Positions 13,291 through 24,419 of a stretch of 64,000 bases of DNA are shown piece by piece (positions within the stretch are counted from its first letter, which is position 1; each line of letters begins with the position of its first letter). The stretch comes from Callorhinchus milii (lineage: Eukaryota). The stretch is from the NCBI RefSeq assembly GCF_018977255.1, contig NW_024704742.1, positions 45,324,001 to 45,388,000 of the forward strand, in the 5' to 3' direction. Both the position numbers and the translations under genes were made by a program. The notes under the pieces are model-generated. The model saw only the letters and a list, made by a program, of their open reading frames with translations, did no database searches and had not been told where the DNA came from.

Positions 13291-13607
13291 TCTCCTCTGC
13301 TCTCTCTCTCCCTCTCTCCCTCTCTCTCCCCTCTCTCCTCCCTCTCTCTCTCCCTCCGACACCTCTCTCCTCTCTCCCTCTCTCCCTCCCCCCCCTCTCT
13401 CTCTCCTCTCCCTCTCCCTCTCTCTCTCCCTCCCCCCCTCTCTCTCTCCCTCTTCCCCTCTCTCTCCCTCTCCCCCTCTCTCTCTCCTCTCTCCCTCCCC
13501 CTCTCTCCCTCTCCCCCCTCTCTCTCTCTCTCTCCCTCCCCCTCTCTCTCCCTCCCCCCTCTCTCCCCCTCTCCCCCTCTCTCCCCCTCTCTCTCTCCCT
13601 CTCTCCC
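13291..13607. repeat. ~320-bp near-pure C/T low-complexity tract
   Basis: Imperfect (CT)n/(CCCT)n array with only a few purines. Confidence 0.95.
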
Positions 13608-14070
13608 TATCGTAAAGACTGGCGGCGCCGATCAGCGCACTTCTCCCCCCCAACAGCGAACACCGTCCAGCACTTTCCTACCCCCCGAGATCGCTGAGGG
13701 GATCTGCAGCTCACACCCCCCCCCCCCCCCCCCGAGCCGAGCCCGGGAGGTTTTTTTGTTTTCCTCTCGTGACATAACGTTTCCTTTTTCCATTCCCCAA
13801 ACTCTAACCTTGGCACACGAACAAGAAAAGGGGGGGGAAGAGGGGGAGGGAGAGACGCAGTGGGATGTGCGCCCCCTTCTACATTCACAAATAAAATGTT
13901 TTAATATGTATTATATATATATATATACACAGAGCGACAGTTACATTGCTGAGCACACGTTCGCCCCGCATTCACGGTGCACACATGCACTGTGTCTGAA
14001 TGCAACACGATTTTTTTTTGTGTGCACACCTTTTAACCCCTGAATGTTGCAGAACAAACTGTGCATCTAC

Positions 14071-14102
<32 letters not shown>

Positions 14103-16417
14103 GATCATATATTTATGCGTAACACCGATGTGTATTTTTAGAACTCACTCGCTGAATACTTTTAAAGAGAAACATAGACGAGGTCGTGCTGTTTGGGTGA
14201 GTGAAGCTTTCCTGACGGTGTTGGGGAGTGCGGTAAGAAATAGCTGGAAAGGGGTTTTGAAAACGCCAGAGACGTGTTTCAATGGGAGAACAACACGGTG
14301 TCGGACGTATGCAGAGAGAGAGAGAGGGAGGGAGAGAGAGAGAGGGGGGTGGGTGGGGAGTGGGGGGTAAAGGAGCAAATATAAAACGAGGCAAATAAGA
14401 AGAGATTGATGATGTGGAAAGAGGAACCTCTGCATTTTCTCTCCGCGTTTCAGTTCCCCTTTTCACTCGTGTAGGTGACGCCGCCTCAAATGAGTCAGAG
14501 ACAGGTCTCACATTCCCTCCGACACTCGGCACAGGATGACACACAGGGAGAGGAGGGATGAGGAGGGAGAGGAGGGAGGGAGGGAGGGGAGGGAGGACTG
14601 GGAGCCGCTAACCTGAGCCCCACTGCCAGCCCCGCGCACCGCATAACAGGGAAGGAGGGGGATTTGCAGACCTCCTGCCCGAGGGAGAGAAGAACATTAT
14701 TACTACACACGTTCACTCTTTTGTAGACTCCGATCCCGGAAGAAACCTCCTCAGTGTGGAGTCGGGCTGTGCGCCATCCGTACCACCCGCAGCTACTTTC
14801 TGAACACAGCGTCTGAATTGTACACACACGACACACACACACACAACACACACACACAGTGAGAGAGAGAGAGAGAGAGACCCAACTTGGGCTGCAAGGA
14901 ATGGCAACGAACTCCCCGGCAGATCGACACTGATGGAATAACAAGGAAGGACCGACCGTGTGCGGGAGGAGGGATTGGGCACCACAGCGAGGACTGCGTC
15001 AGGAAACTGAGATGGACTTGGAAGGACCGGAATAAGCAAAACTTGCTCTTGTTAAAAAAAAAAAGAGCGCTGCAGCTGTAATTCGCCCTCTTCGTTTGGG
15101 GAGGGGTGGGAGGGAGGGGGGGAGGTGGGGAGGGGGGGGTTTCAACGATTCCCACTTGATCCACAAGCGATGCATTTGCAGGCTCCGCCGGTTTGAAGAT
15201 TCGTGCATTCAGATCAGTTTGTCGCTGAGTCGGGATTATTGTGTCTTTTTCTATCGTCTTAAAATTCGCGATCAACTCGGAGGACTCTCTGCGTTTGCAC
15301 CCGTTTCTGATCCCCCCCCCCCGAGCCTCCCACCGCCAGCTCTGTGGTCGCACACGAATAAAGTCATTAACTGCAAAACCTTTATTCTGCGGGACTCCGC
15401 GATCGTCGCCAACTTCAGCAGCAACCGGGAGGGAGGGAGGGAGGGAGGGAGAGGGAGAGAGGGAGGGAGGGAGAGGGAGAGAGGGAGGGAGGGAGGGAGA
15501 GGGAGAGAGGGAGGGAGCGTGGGGAGAGGAAGGGGGGGCGATCGCGTCGAGGGGAAGAGTGAGTGAGTGAGTGAGTGAGAGAGAGAGAGAGAGAGAGAGA
15601 AAAAAAAGGCTCACCACCAACCTTTCAACTTTCCGATCGGGTCCAGACCTCTTCCCACGACTGTCAGTCAGTCGCTGCCTCTGAGTCAGTCAGGGACGGG
15701 CGGGCGGACGGACGGACGAAGGGAGGGAGAGAAAGGCAGAGAGTGTGGAAAAGGAGGGAGGGAGTGGGGTGTGTGTGTGGGTGTGGGTGTGGGGGGTTTG
15801 CTAAAAAAAAAAAGAGGCAAAGACTGCAATAGCAACGTTGAATCGCTCCGAGTGCTGCAGACACACACATGCACACAGTGCTGTCCAGTGAGCCGCACCG
15901 TGCAGGTACAGACAGGGACAGTAACTGCGGATGCAGAGAGCAAACTTGGATCAGCGAGAGCTGTGCGTGTGTGTGTGTGTGTGTGTGTGTGACTGTGACT
16001 GACTGACGACCAAACTGCACCGAGGATGGATTCAAGGTGATCAGCTTTTACTTTAAACGCTTTACGGTGTTTTATTTTTCTCTCTCTCTCTCTCTCTTTT
16101 TTCTTTTCGGTGTTGCGGTTCAAACGGGACCGAAATCCCGACTCGGTTTACATGTGGTGAAAAGGGTGCGGGGTGAGTTGGGGGGGGGGGGGGGGTGGAG
16201 AAGAAGCAAAAAAAAAAGGGGGGGTGGTGGGTGGGGGAGAGAGAGGGAGGGAGTGATAGTGAGTGGGTGGGTGTGCAACTAAAAGCGATGTGTGTGGGTC
16301 CGGATTCGGGAAGAAACTGCAGATTACTTTATTGAGTGCTGTTGAATGCACAGCGGCGGCGGCCGAGGGAACCGGGACAGATCCCGGTACCACTGAGAGA
16401 GAGAGAGAGAGAGAGAG

Positions 16418-16456
<39 letters not shown>

Positions 16457-16593
16457 AGGTGAAGCCCAGGGAAGGGAAGGGAAGGGAAGAAGGAAAGAAA
16501 GCAAAGAAGGAAAGCGAGAGAGAGAAACAGAGAGAGAGAGAGAGAAGGGGGGGAAGAAGGAAGAGTGCGGAAAGAAAGGGGCATTCGGGAGCG

Positions 16594-19500
16594 ATGAGTT
16601 TCTGCCGCTTCGCGTTGGTGCTTTGGCTGCGGATCGCGGCGGTGCGGGTGGTCGCCGGCAAACAAGCCCTCCGTTACCGGGTGGCCGAGGAGGGTCCGGC
16701 CGACGTCCGGATCGGGAATGTGGCCACCGATCTGGTGATCGCGACGGGCCCGGGGTCGGGCGAGGTGACGTTCAGCCTGGAGTCGGGCTCCGACTACTTC
16801 AAGATCGACAACATGACCGGAGAGCTGAGGACCACCGGTCGGCGCATCGACCGCGAGAAGCTGCCGCAGTGTCAGATGATCTTCGACGAGAACGACTGCT
16901 TCATGGACTTCGAGGTGTCGGTGATCGGTCCCTCGCAGAGTTGGGTGGAGCTGTACGACGGCAAAGTGATCGTGGAGGACATCAACGACAACACGCCCAG
17001 CTTCCCCTCGCCCGTGCTGACCCTGACGGTGGAGGAGAACCGGCCGGTGGGGACCCTGTACCTGCTGCCCACCGCCACCGACCGGGACTTCGGCCGGAAC
17101 GGCATCGAGCGCTACGAGCTGGTGCAGGAGAGCGAGCTGAGCGGCAGGAGGGCGGGGGGCGGCGGGGGGGGCTCGGGCCGGGCAGAGCCGGGTGAGGGGG
17201 GCGGCAGGAGGAGGTTTGAGCCCGGTGGCGGCGGCGGCGGGCGGCGGTGGCGGCGGTGTTGGCGGCGATGGAGGCGGTGGTGGAGGGGAGCCGGTGCCGG
17301 TGCCGGTGCCGGGCAGGAGCAGCGTGTTCGAGCTGCAGGTGGCCGACACCCCGGACGGCGACAAGCAGCCGCAGCTGATCGTCAAGGGCGCGCTGGACCG
17401 GGAGCAGCGCGACTCCTACGAGCTGAGCCTGCGGGTGCGGGACGGCGGCGACCCCGCCCGCTCGTCGTCGGCGCGGCTGCGGGTCCTGATCTCGGACGTG
17501 AACGACAACAGCCCGCGCTTCGAGAAGAGCGTGTACGAGGCGGAGCTGCCGGAGAACAGCCCCCCCGGCACCCCCATCCTGCAGCTGCGGGCCAGCGACC
17601 TGGACGCCGGGGTGAACGGGCAGATCGAGTACGTGTTCGGGGCCGCCACCGAGTCGGTGCGGCGGCTGCTGCGGCTGGACGAGGCCACCGGCTGGCTCAG
17701 CGTCCTGCACCGGATCGACCGCGAGGAGGTCGGGCAGCTGCGCTTCACCGCCCTGGCCAAGGACCGGGGCCAGCCGCCCCGCACCGACCGGGCCACCCTG
17801 CTGCTCGGCATCCGGGACGTGAACGACAACGTGCCGGCCGTGGACATCCGCAAGATCGGCCGCATCCCGCTGCGGGCCGGGGTGGCCAGCGTGCCCGAGG
17901 ACGTGCTGGTCGACACGCCGGTGGCCCTGGTGCAGGTGTCGGACCGGGACCAGGGCGAGAACGGGGCGGTGACCTGCACGGTGGTGGGCGACGTGCCGTT
18001 CCAGCTGAAGTCGGCCAGCGAGCCCGAGAGCGAGCAGAAGAGGAAGTACTTCCTGCACACCTCGGCGCCCCTGGACTACGAGGCCAGGAGGGAGTACTCG
18101 GTGGTCATCGTGGCCGTGGACTCGGGCAGCCCGAGCCTGGCCAGCAACAACTCGCTGCTGGTCCGGGTCACCGACGTGAACGACAACGCGCCCGTCTTCG
18201 CTCGGACCCTCTTCACCGTACCCTTCGCCGAGAACAACCCGCCCGGTCAGCCGGTCTTCACGGCCCGGGCCGGCGACGCCGACGGCGGCAGGAACGCCGA
18301 GCTGGAGTACTCCCTGGCCGGACCGGTCCAGGGCATCTTCTCCATCCACCCCGACACCGGGCTGGTGAGCGCCCGGGCCGTGCTGGACCGGGAGCGCACC
18401 GAGCGCTACGAGTTCCAGGTGGTGGCCCGGGACAAGGGCAGCCCCAGCCTCCAGGGCAGCGCCGGGGTCCTGGTCCTGGTCACCGACACCAACGACAACG
18501 ATCCCACCTTCATGCAGGACCTGTTCACCTTCTACGTGAAGGAGAACCTGCAGCCCAACAGCCCGGTGGGCATGGTGACCGTGATGGACGCCGACCTGGG
18601 CTCCAACGCCGAGATGACCCTCCACGTGGAGGACGGTGGGGGGCTGTTCTCCATCGACAACGCCACCGGCACCATCTACTCCACCGTGTCCTTCGACCGG
18701 GAGCAGCAGACCAGCTACTCGTTCCGGGTGACGGCGGTGGACGGGGGGGAACCGGCCCGGTCCTCCACCGCCCGGGTGTCGCTCCACGTGATGGACGAGA
18801 ACGACAACGCGCCGGCGGTCACCTTCCCGAGCAACGCCTCGTACGCCCTCCTGCCGCCCTCCAGCAGCCCGCGGACGGTGGTGGCCACCGTGCTGGCCAC
18901 CGACAGCGACAGCGGGGTCAACGCCGACCTGGGCTACGGCATCGTCGGGGGGAACCCGTTCAGGCTGTTCGAGATCGACCCGGCCAGCGGGGTCATCTCC
19001 CTGGTGGGCAAACTGGCCCAGAGGCACCACGGGCTGCACCGGTTGGTGGTGCAGGTCAACGACAGCGGCCAACCCTCCCAGTGCAGCACGGCCCTGGTCC
19101 ACGTCTTCGTGAACGAGAGCGTGTCCAACGCCAGCGCGGTGGAAGCCCAGATTTCGCGGAGCCTCCACACGCCGCTGAGGCAGGACATCGCCGGCGACCC
19201 GGGTTACGAGCTGAGCAAACAGCGGCTCAGCATCGCCATCGGGGTGGTGGCCGGGGTCATGACCGTCATCCTGGTCATCCTGGTCGTGGTCCTGGCCCGG
19301 TACTGCCGACCCAAAAAGTCCAAGAACGGATACGAAGCCGGGAAGAAGGACCCCGAGGACTTCTTCACCCCGCAGCAGCACGACAAGTCCAAGAAGCCCA
19401 AGAAGGACAAGAAGAACAAGAAGTCCAAGCAGCCCCTGTACAGCAGCATCGTGACCGTGGAGGCGTCCAAACCCAACGGACAGAGGTACGACAGCGCGGA

Positions 19501-19771
19501 TGAGAAGCTCACGGAGAGTCCCGGTATGGGACGCTACCGCTCCATGAACGGCGGACCGGGCAGCCCCGACCTGGCGAGACATTACAAGTCCAGCTCCCCG
19601 TTGCCAACGGTGCAGCTTCACCCCCAGTCCCCCACTGCTGGGAAGAAACACCAAGCCGTCCAGGAGCTGCCGCCGGCCAACACCTTCGTCGGCACCGGAG
19701 ACAACATCTCCATTGAATCGGATCACTGTTCTGAATACAGCTGCCAGACCAACAACAAGTACAGCAAACAG
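16594..19771 (+). CDS. PCDH7: Protocadherin-7 (delta-1 protocadherin), first coding exon; apparent +1 frameshift at 17239-17241
   Basis: GCGATG start; signal peptide then KQALRYRVAEEGPADVRIGNVA, IDREKLPQCQMIFDEN; 7 EC repeats with DRE and DxNDN motifs; TM LSIAIGVVAGVMTVILVILVVVLA; tail KKPKKDKKNKKSKQPLYSSIV..DLARHYKSSSPLP..CQTNNKYSKQ matches human PCDH7 as recalled. 3178 nt minus 1 = 1059 codons. Confidence 0.96.
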
Positions 19772-19777
19772 GTAAGG
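19769..19777 (+). other. PCDH7: Phase-0 splice donor ending PCDH7 exon 1 (CAG|GTAAGG); intron 1 runs on towards the window end
   Basis: Consensus donor directly after KYSKQ, the point where PCDH7 isoforms diverge; read-through gives VRSEV* (TAG 19787-19789). Confidence 0.92.
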
Positions 19778-21829
19778 AGCGAGGTTTAGCTAAACCTCCT
19801 GGGCCACTTTAGTTGGGGAGGGGGTGGGGGAGGGGGTGGGTGGGGGGTGGGGGGTGTAGGTTTAACGCTTGGGAGTGCAGGGTGCAATTTGCTGCTGTCA
19901 AGGATGATGTGCGTGGACCCTCACCTGTAAAGTTTTGAACCTTGAGCACTTAAAAGCGTAGCTATGGAAAGGAGTAGACTTTATCACGCAGTTTCCAAAG
20001 GGGGTGGGGGTGGGGGGGGAAGAAAAAAAGTTTCTAATTCATTGCATTTTCAAGTGATCGACACAGTGTCGTTACCTATTTGCAAATCGAAGGCAGATAC
20101 CCATCTCGTTTTGTCGCAAAGGTTACACAGTTGAGCGAGTGAACCCTAAATCGGGCGTCTTGTAAAGGTGCATTACAGGTGCCAGAGCTTTTCTGATGCC
20201 ATTGCGCTCACAGGAGGTTAATGTTTGCACTCTCTCGCACCACTCGATGCTTGTGATCTCTGTCTGCATTAAAGACCGATTGCTGTGTATGCTCCGGACG
20301 TTTGGTCCCGGATCCAGTTCACAGTAACTGTACCGCATGGATGCACTGTCCACATTTCTTTATGCAGTGAGAGATCAGCGTGAAAAAGGAAATTGTTGTA
20401 TGATTCACACGTCTTCAGGGTTTGCATTTATGCAGTGACATGTTAAGGTACAATGTATAATTCTTGTTGAGATTCCCTTTCAGTGTTGGTATTCACAACA
20501 TCAACATTTTGCCATAGGTCAATCGCTGCTGGTGAAATTCAGACCTTGTAAATGCCAATATTGTAAATGAATCCCAATAGAATTTTTTACACAAATAAAT
20601 ATGTACAGATCATTGCAACTGCTACTTTTGCTGCTCTTGCACCTCAGTCACTAAGCTTAGACATCATCCCTGGGAGCTGGAGACTTGTTTCGAATTATAC
20701 ATCAGGCCCAGCATCCCTTCCTAGGGGTACCAACATTGAGTACTACAATACGTCAATATTTGTTTGAATTATGTAAGTGGTGAAGCAGTATGCAGTAAAT
20801 GAAAGGAATTTGGTGTCATTCAGTAAATTGAAGGATTATCATACTTGGTCCAATGTGTGCAATTTTGATTCAAAGTGTATTTTGAATAGCCCAAATATGC
20901 AGCGTTTCTATGTTCTAATTTGGATATAAAACAATTCTGTAGTTTTGAAAGGTTAGTTTAATTGTTGGATATTGTCACACTTTTATCTGCTCATTGAAAG
21001 CTGTATCATTTGCTTCCTGCAGTGGGACTTTTAAAATAATCAAGAATGTTATACCAAAATTCTGAAAACATTTAAAGCAGAGTTTTGACAGTATTTTAAG
21101 ACCATTGCATTTAAGGTACTTCATGTGCTTGCTTATAAAAGATAAAGTAATATGTGAAGATATCTTGGTCACTTTTTGTGTTGATTAATCACAAACATTC
21201 TTGTAAATGTTAAATAGAATATTTGTCAATACAACAAGTAGTTCTTCAACTCTCCCTCTGCTGTCTAAAATAATAAAAGCAAGCTGCAGCAAATCTGTGC
21301 GTTTTGTGTCTGTTCCAGGTTCAGATGTTGACAGGAGAACTAGACATATTGTATATATGCATCAAGAACGAAATAGCGAGTAATTGATACATATATTATT
21401 TGTTCGATGTAGACTATTTGCAGACCCTAGTGGAAGTTGCACATTTGGGACTCTTTAATCAGGAAGAAGAAAGTTTACCATCTAATATTTCCTTATTGCT
21501 TCCTGCATACAAATATTAAAGCTCAGATGTATCAGTAACTTGCCTACGCTTTCTGTTTATTTAATTTGGGTAAGTAAAGTAAAGCTCAGCTGTGCCAACG
21601 GAGCAGGATTTGCATGTTACCATTCAATACAAATGCTAATATATTGTCTTCATGAAGTCTTATTGGACATTGTATATATGACATTCTTCATTGTCGTGGC
21701 ATTAAAAGAAATATCCACTGCTGTGCTGCAGACTGTGAGAAAAATTCAGTACCAAGTGAATAAAAAATGCTTTAAAAAGGCAAATTACACACATGACAAT
21801 GTTAAGCACTAATACTGAAATGAATTATG

Positions 21830-22455
21830 AACATAGAATCACAGAACTTACAGCACAGAAGGAGGCCATTTGGCCCATCGTGCCTGTGACGACGCTTTGA
21901 AAGAGTTACCAACTAGTCCCACCGTCCTGCTTTTACCCCATAGCCTTGCAACTGTTTTCTTTTTAAATACCTATCCCTTTTGAAAGCTACTGTTGAATCT
22001 GCTTCCACCACACTTTCGGGCAGTGCATTCCAGCCCGTAATAACTCTCTGTGAAAAAAATTCTTCTTGTCTCTCCTTTGGTTCTTTTGCCAATTATTCTC
22101 ACTCTGTGTCCTCTGGTAACCGACCCACCCGCCAGACGAAATTTTTACTCCCTATCTACTCTATCAAATCCCCTATTAAATCTCCCTTCAACCTTGTATC
22201 TTAGGAGAATAATCTGCCCCTTTCTTGTTTCTCCACATAACTGAAGTGCTTCATCCCTGGTGCAATCCTGGTAAATCTCTGTTGCACCCTCTCCAAAACC
22301 CTGACATCCTTCCTAAAGTGTGATGCCCAGAATTGGATACAATACTCCGGCTGAGGCCTAACTAGCAATTTATAAAGGTTCAACATAACATAACTTACTT
22401 GCTTTTATACTCCATGCCTCTATTAATAAAACCAAGGCTCCCATATGCTTTCTGT
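21830..22455 (-). mobile_element. CR1 LINE 3' end
   Basis: Minus ORF LVRPQPEYCIQFWASHFRKDVRVLERVQQRFTR; tail CATAGAATCACAGAA..GAAGGAGGCCATTTGGCCC. Confidence 0.9.
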
Positions 22456-23171
22456 ATTATTTCTATCCATTTCTTGTTGAAAAAAATTGGTTGCGTTCCA
22501 AATATCAAAACATTTATACAAAATATTCTTAAATTATTGAATTGAGCAGCTTGAAATATCTGCAGCTAATCGATTAATACTATTTTTATGCGCAGTAGAA
22601 GCATGTAAATTCAAAACAGTATGACTATACTGAAGAATTATTTTCTAAGATACAAAATAACAAGCGGTTTGGATGAAAAAGGCATTTGATCTTATCTTTT
22701 CTGTCTTAAAATTGACCGACACAATCCTGAACTTGTTCTTCTTGATCTGCTGTCTTGGTGTATCTGAAAGTAGTATTCTGAGCTTACTTTCTCTATCCCA
22801 TGACATATATAATATATCTATAAGCTCTCTGAAGTGTTGCTCTTTTAGACCGAAGAGCTCCAGCTTCTTTAATTGTTCTTCATAGCATGTTCCTGGGATA
22901 CGCCTTGTGGCTTTCTTCCCCTCTTCTAGGGCTTGGGAGACTGCAATCAGATCCACTTCAACATATCTCTAGAGAATTTAACCATGACTTCTGGAGATCC
23001 AAACTCAACTGATTATCAATGTATCTTGTTAATTTTTATAGGTGGAGGCTATTTTATTGTTACATGCAGCACCTTGCATTTATCTGTCATGAACTCGATT
23101 GGCCAGTGATCAGCCTGGTCCAGTACTTATCTTTGCAAGGCTTTTGCTGATTTGACATGTCCCCCCAACGT

Positions 23172-23325
23172 ATAATAATAATAACAATCCTTGCATTTGA
23201 TATAATGCCTTATCACGTCGTTGACACGTCTCAAAACCCTTCACAGAATATAAAGTGAATTAACTGTATATTTTGTGGGCGAAATGCAGCAGCCAATTGC
23301 ACACAGCAGTGTCCCACAAACATAA
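23172..23325 (-). mobile_element. SINE 3' fragment
   Basis: (AAT)n..CCTTGCATTTGATATAA..GCCAATTGCACACAGCAGTGTCCCACAAAC. Confidence 0.85.
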
Positions 23326-24097
23326 AAGTATGTTTTAATAACCAGTCAGCAACAGTTCAGCATTTGAAATAAATTTGAGTACACACATTGAAAAAAAGTG
23401 TGAATTATTAATAATAATTTTATCACTGTGAAATATTGAATAAAATTCACATCTTCTTTAAACTAGGTTTCGAGGAAGCTGAAGTTTATATAGATAACTG
23501 ATTATCTGTGATAGTTTAATATTTGGGTGTGCATGAATTCATATAACAAGTTGTAATCCTAGTACTTATGTTGCAGAAAGAACAGTAAAGCATTTGCTTT
23601 ATTTATATCTCCAGCTGAATAACTTTAAGCTGTTTTATTCATGAATGAAATTCAAAGTTGAATCATTTCTAAGTGATGACTGAAAGGACTAATGACTAAC
23701 CTGTCTTTCTTATCTGTCTGTTTCACTGTAATAGTAACTGATAGCGGATTGTAACAATAACTGGTAGGAGGCATGATATTTTCATGAATTTAAATTCAGT
23801 GATGCATCAGATAAGCAGAACCAAAACAGCAAATTTCAATTGAAGAACAATAAAAAAAGGATCATTTTCTTATGATCCTTTTGATTGCAACTGAAAATTA
23901 GTACATTTGGGACATTATTAATATAAACTCAATAGGGTAATGGTTGTGACATAGTCTACATAAATCTCTGCAGAATGGCAGTGGTGGGATGGCTTCTACA
24001 GTTAATAACCATAATAAAAATAATCCTTACATTTTGTGTCAGGCAGATGCCGCAAAGAACTTCACAGAATATACTGTAAAGTGGAGTTACTGCATGT

Positions 24098-24400
24098 TAA
24101 TAATAATAATAATCCTTGCATTTGATATAATGCCTCATCATGTCATTTGAGACATCTCAAAGGGCTTCGCAGGATATACTGTAAAGTGGATTGTGTATTT
24201 GTGAGTGAAACGCAGCAGCTAGTTGCGCATAGCAATTTCCCACAAACAGCTATGGAGTGAGTGATGAATTTTGTTTGGGGGATTGTTGGCCAGGACACTG
24301 GGAAAAACTTCCTTCTCTTTTCAAATCGTGCCATGGGTTCTTTAACATCCACCTGAATAGGTAGACAGGACCTCGGTTTAATGTGTCATCCGAAGGACGT
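24098..24400 (-). mobile_element. DeuSINE-type SINE, 5' truncated
   Basis: Shared tail plus GCCATGGGTTCTTTAACATCCACCTGA..CCTCGGTTTAATGTGTCATCCGAAGGAC body. Confidence 0.85.
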
Positions 24401-24419
24401 TGTGTACGTTATTGACCTC

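Larger units (their letters stand above)
12560..19790 (+). promoter_or_regulatory. CpG-rich promoter/5' region plus exon-1 CpG island of PCDH7, with many (GA)n, (CT)n, (GT)n and poly-G/C tracts
   Basis: Sharp rise in GC and CpG against AT-rich, CpG-depleted flanks; AP-1-type TGA(G/C)TCA sites at 13185, 14491 and 15682; TSS cannot be placed from sequence alone. Confidence 0.75.

Noticed and set aside
15877..15897. REST/NRSE site
   Set aside because: Only the GCTGTCC half matches; the other half is 4/8
12934..16661. Many 100-370 aa ORFs on both strands
   Set aside because: Translations of CT/GA/GT microsatellites (LSLS, ERER, CVCV)
17192..17338. Small intron (G|GTGAGG) that might repair the frameshift
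   Set aside because: The CAG acceptors (17316, 17322, 17338) give lengths that do not restore frame; frame-restoring AGs (17273, 17285) are GAG with no pyrimidine tract; a one-G deletion explains everything
16336..19503. 1055-aa ORF taken as one protein
   Set aside because: Non-ATG start in a microsatellite leader; only 16594-17240 is cadherin sequence and the rest is out-of-frame PCDH7
16982..19726. 914-aa antisense ORF
   Set aside because: Shadow of the GC3-saturated PCDH7 codons; no recognisable domains
16594..19771. PCDH7 as a pseudogene
   Set aside because: Only one lesion, in an error-prone repeat; cadherin motifs, TM, tail and donor are intact
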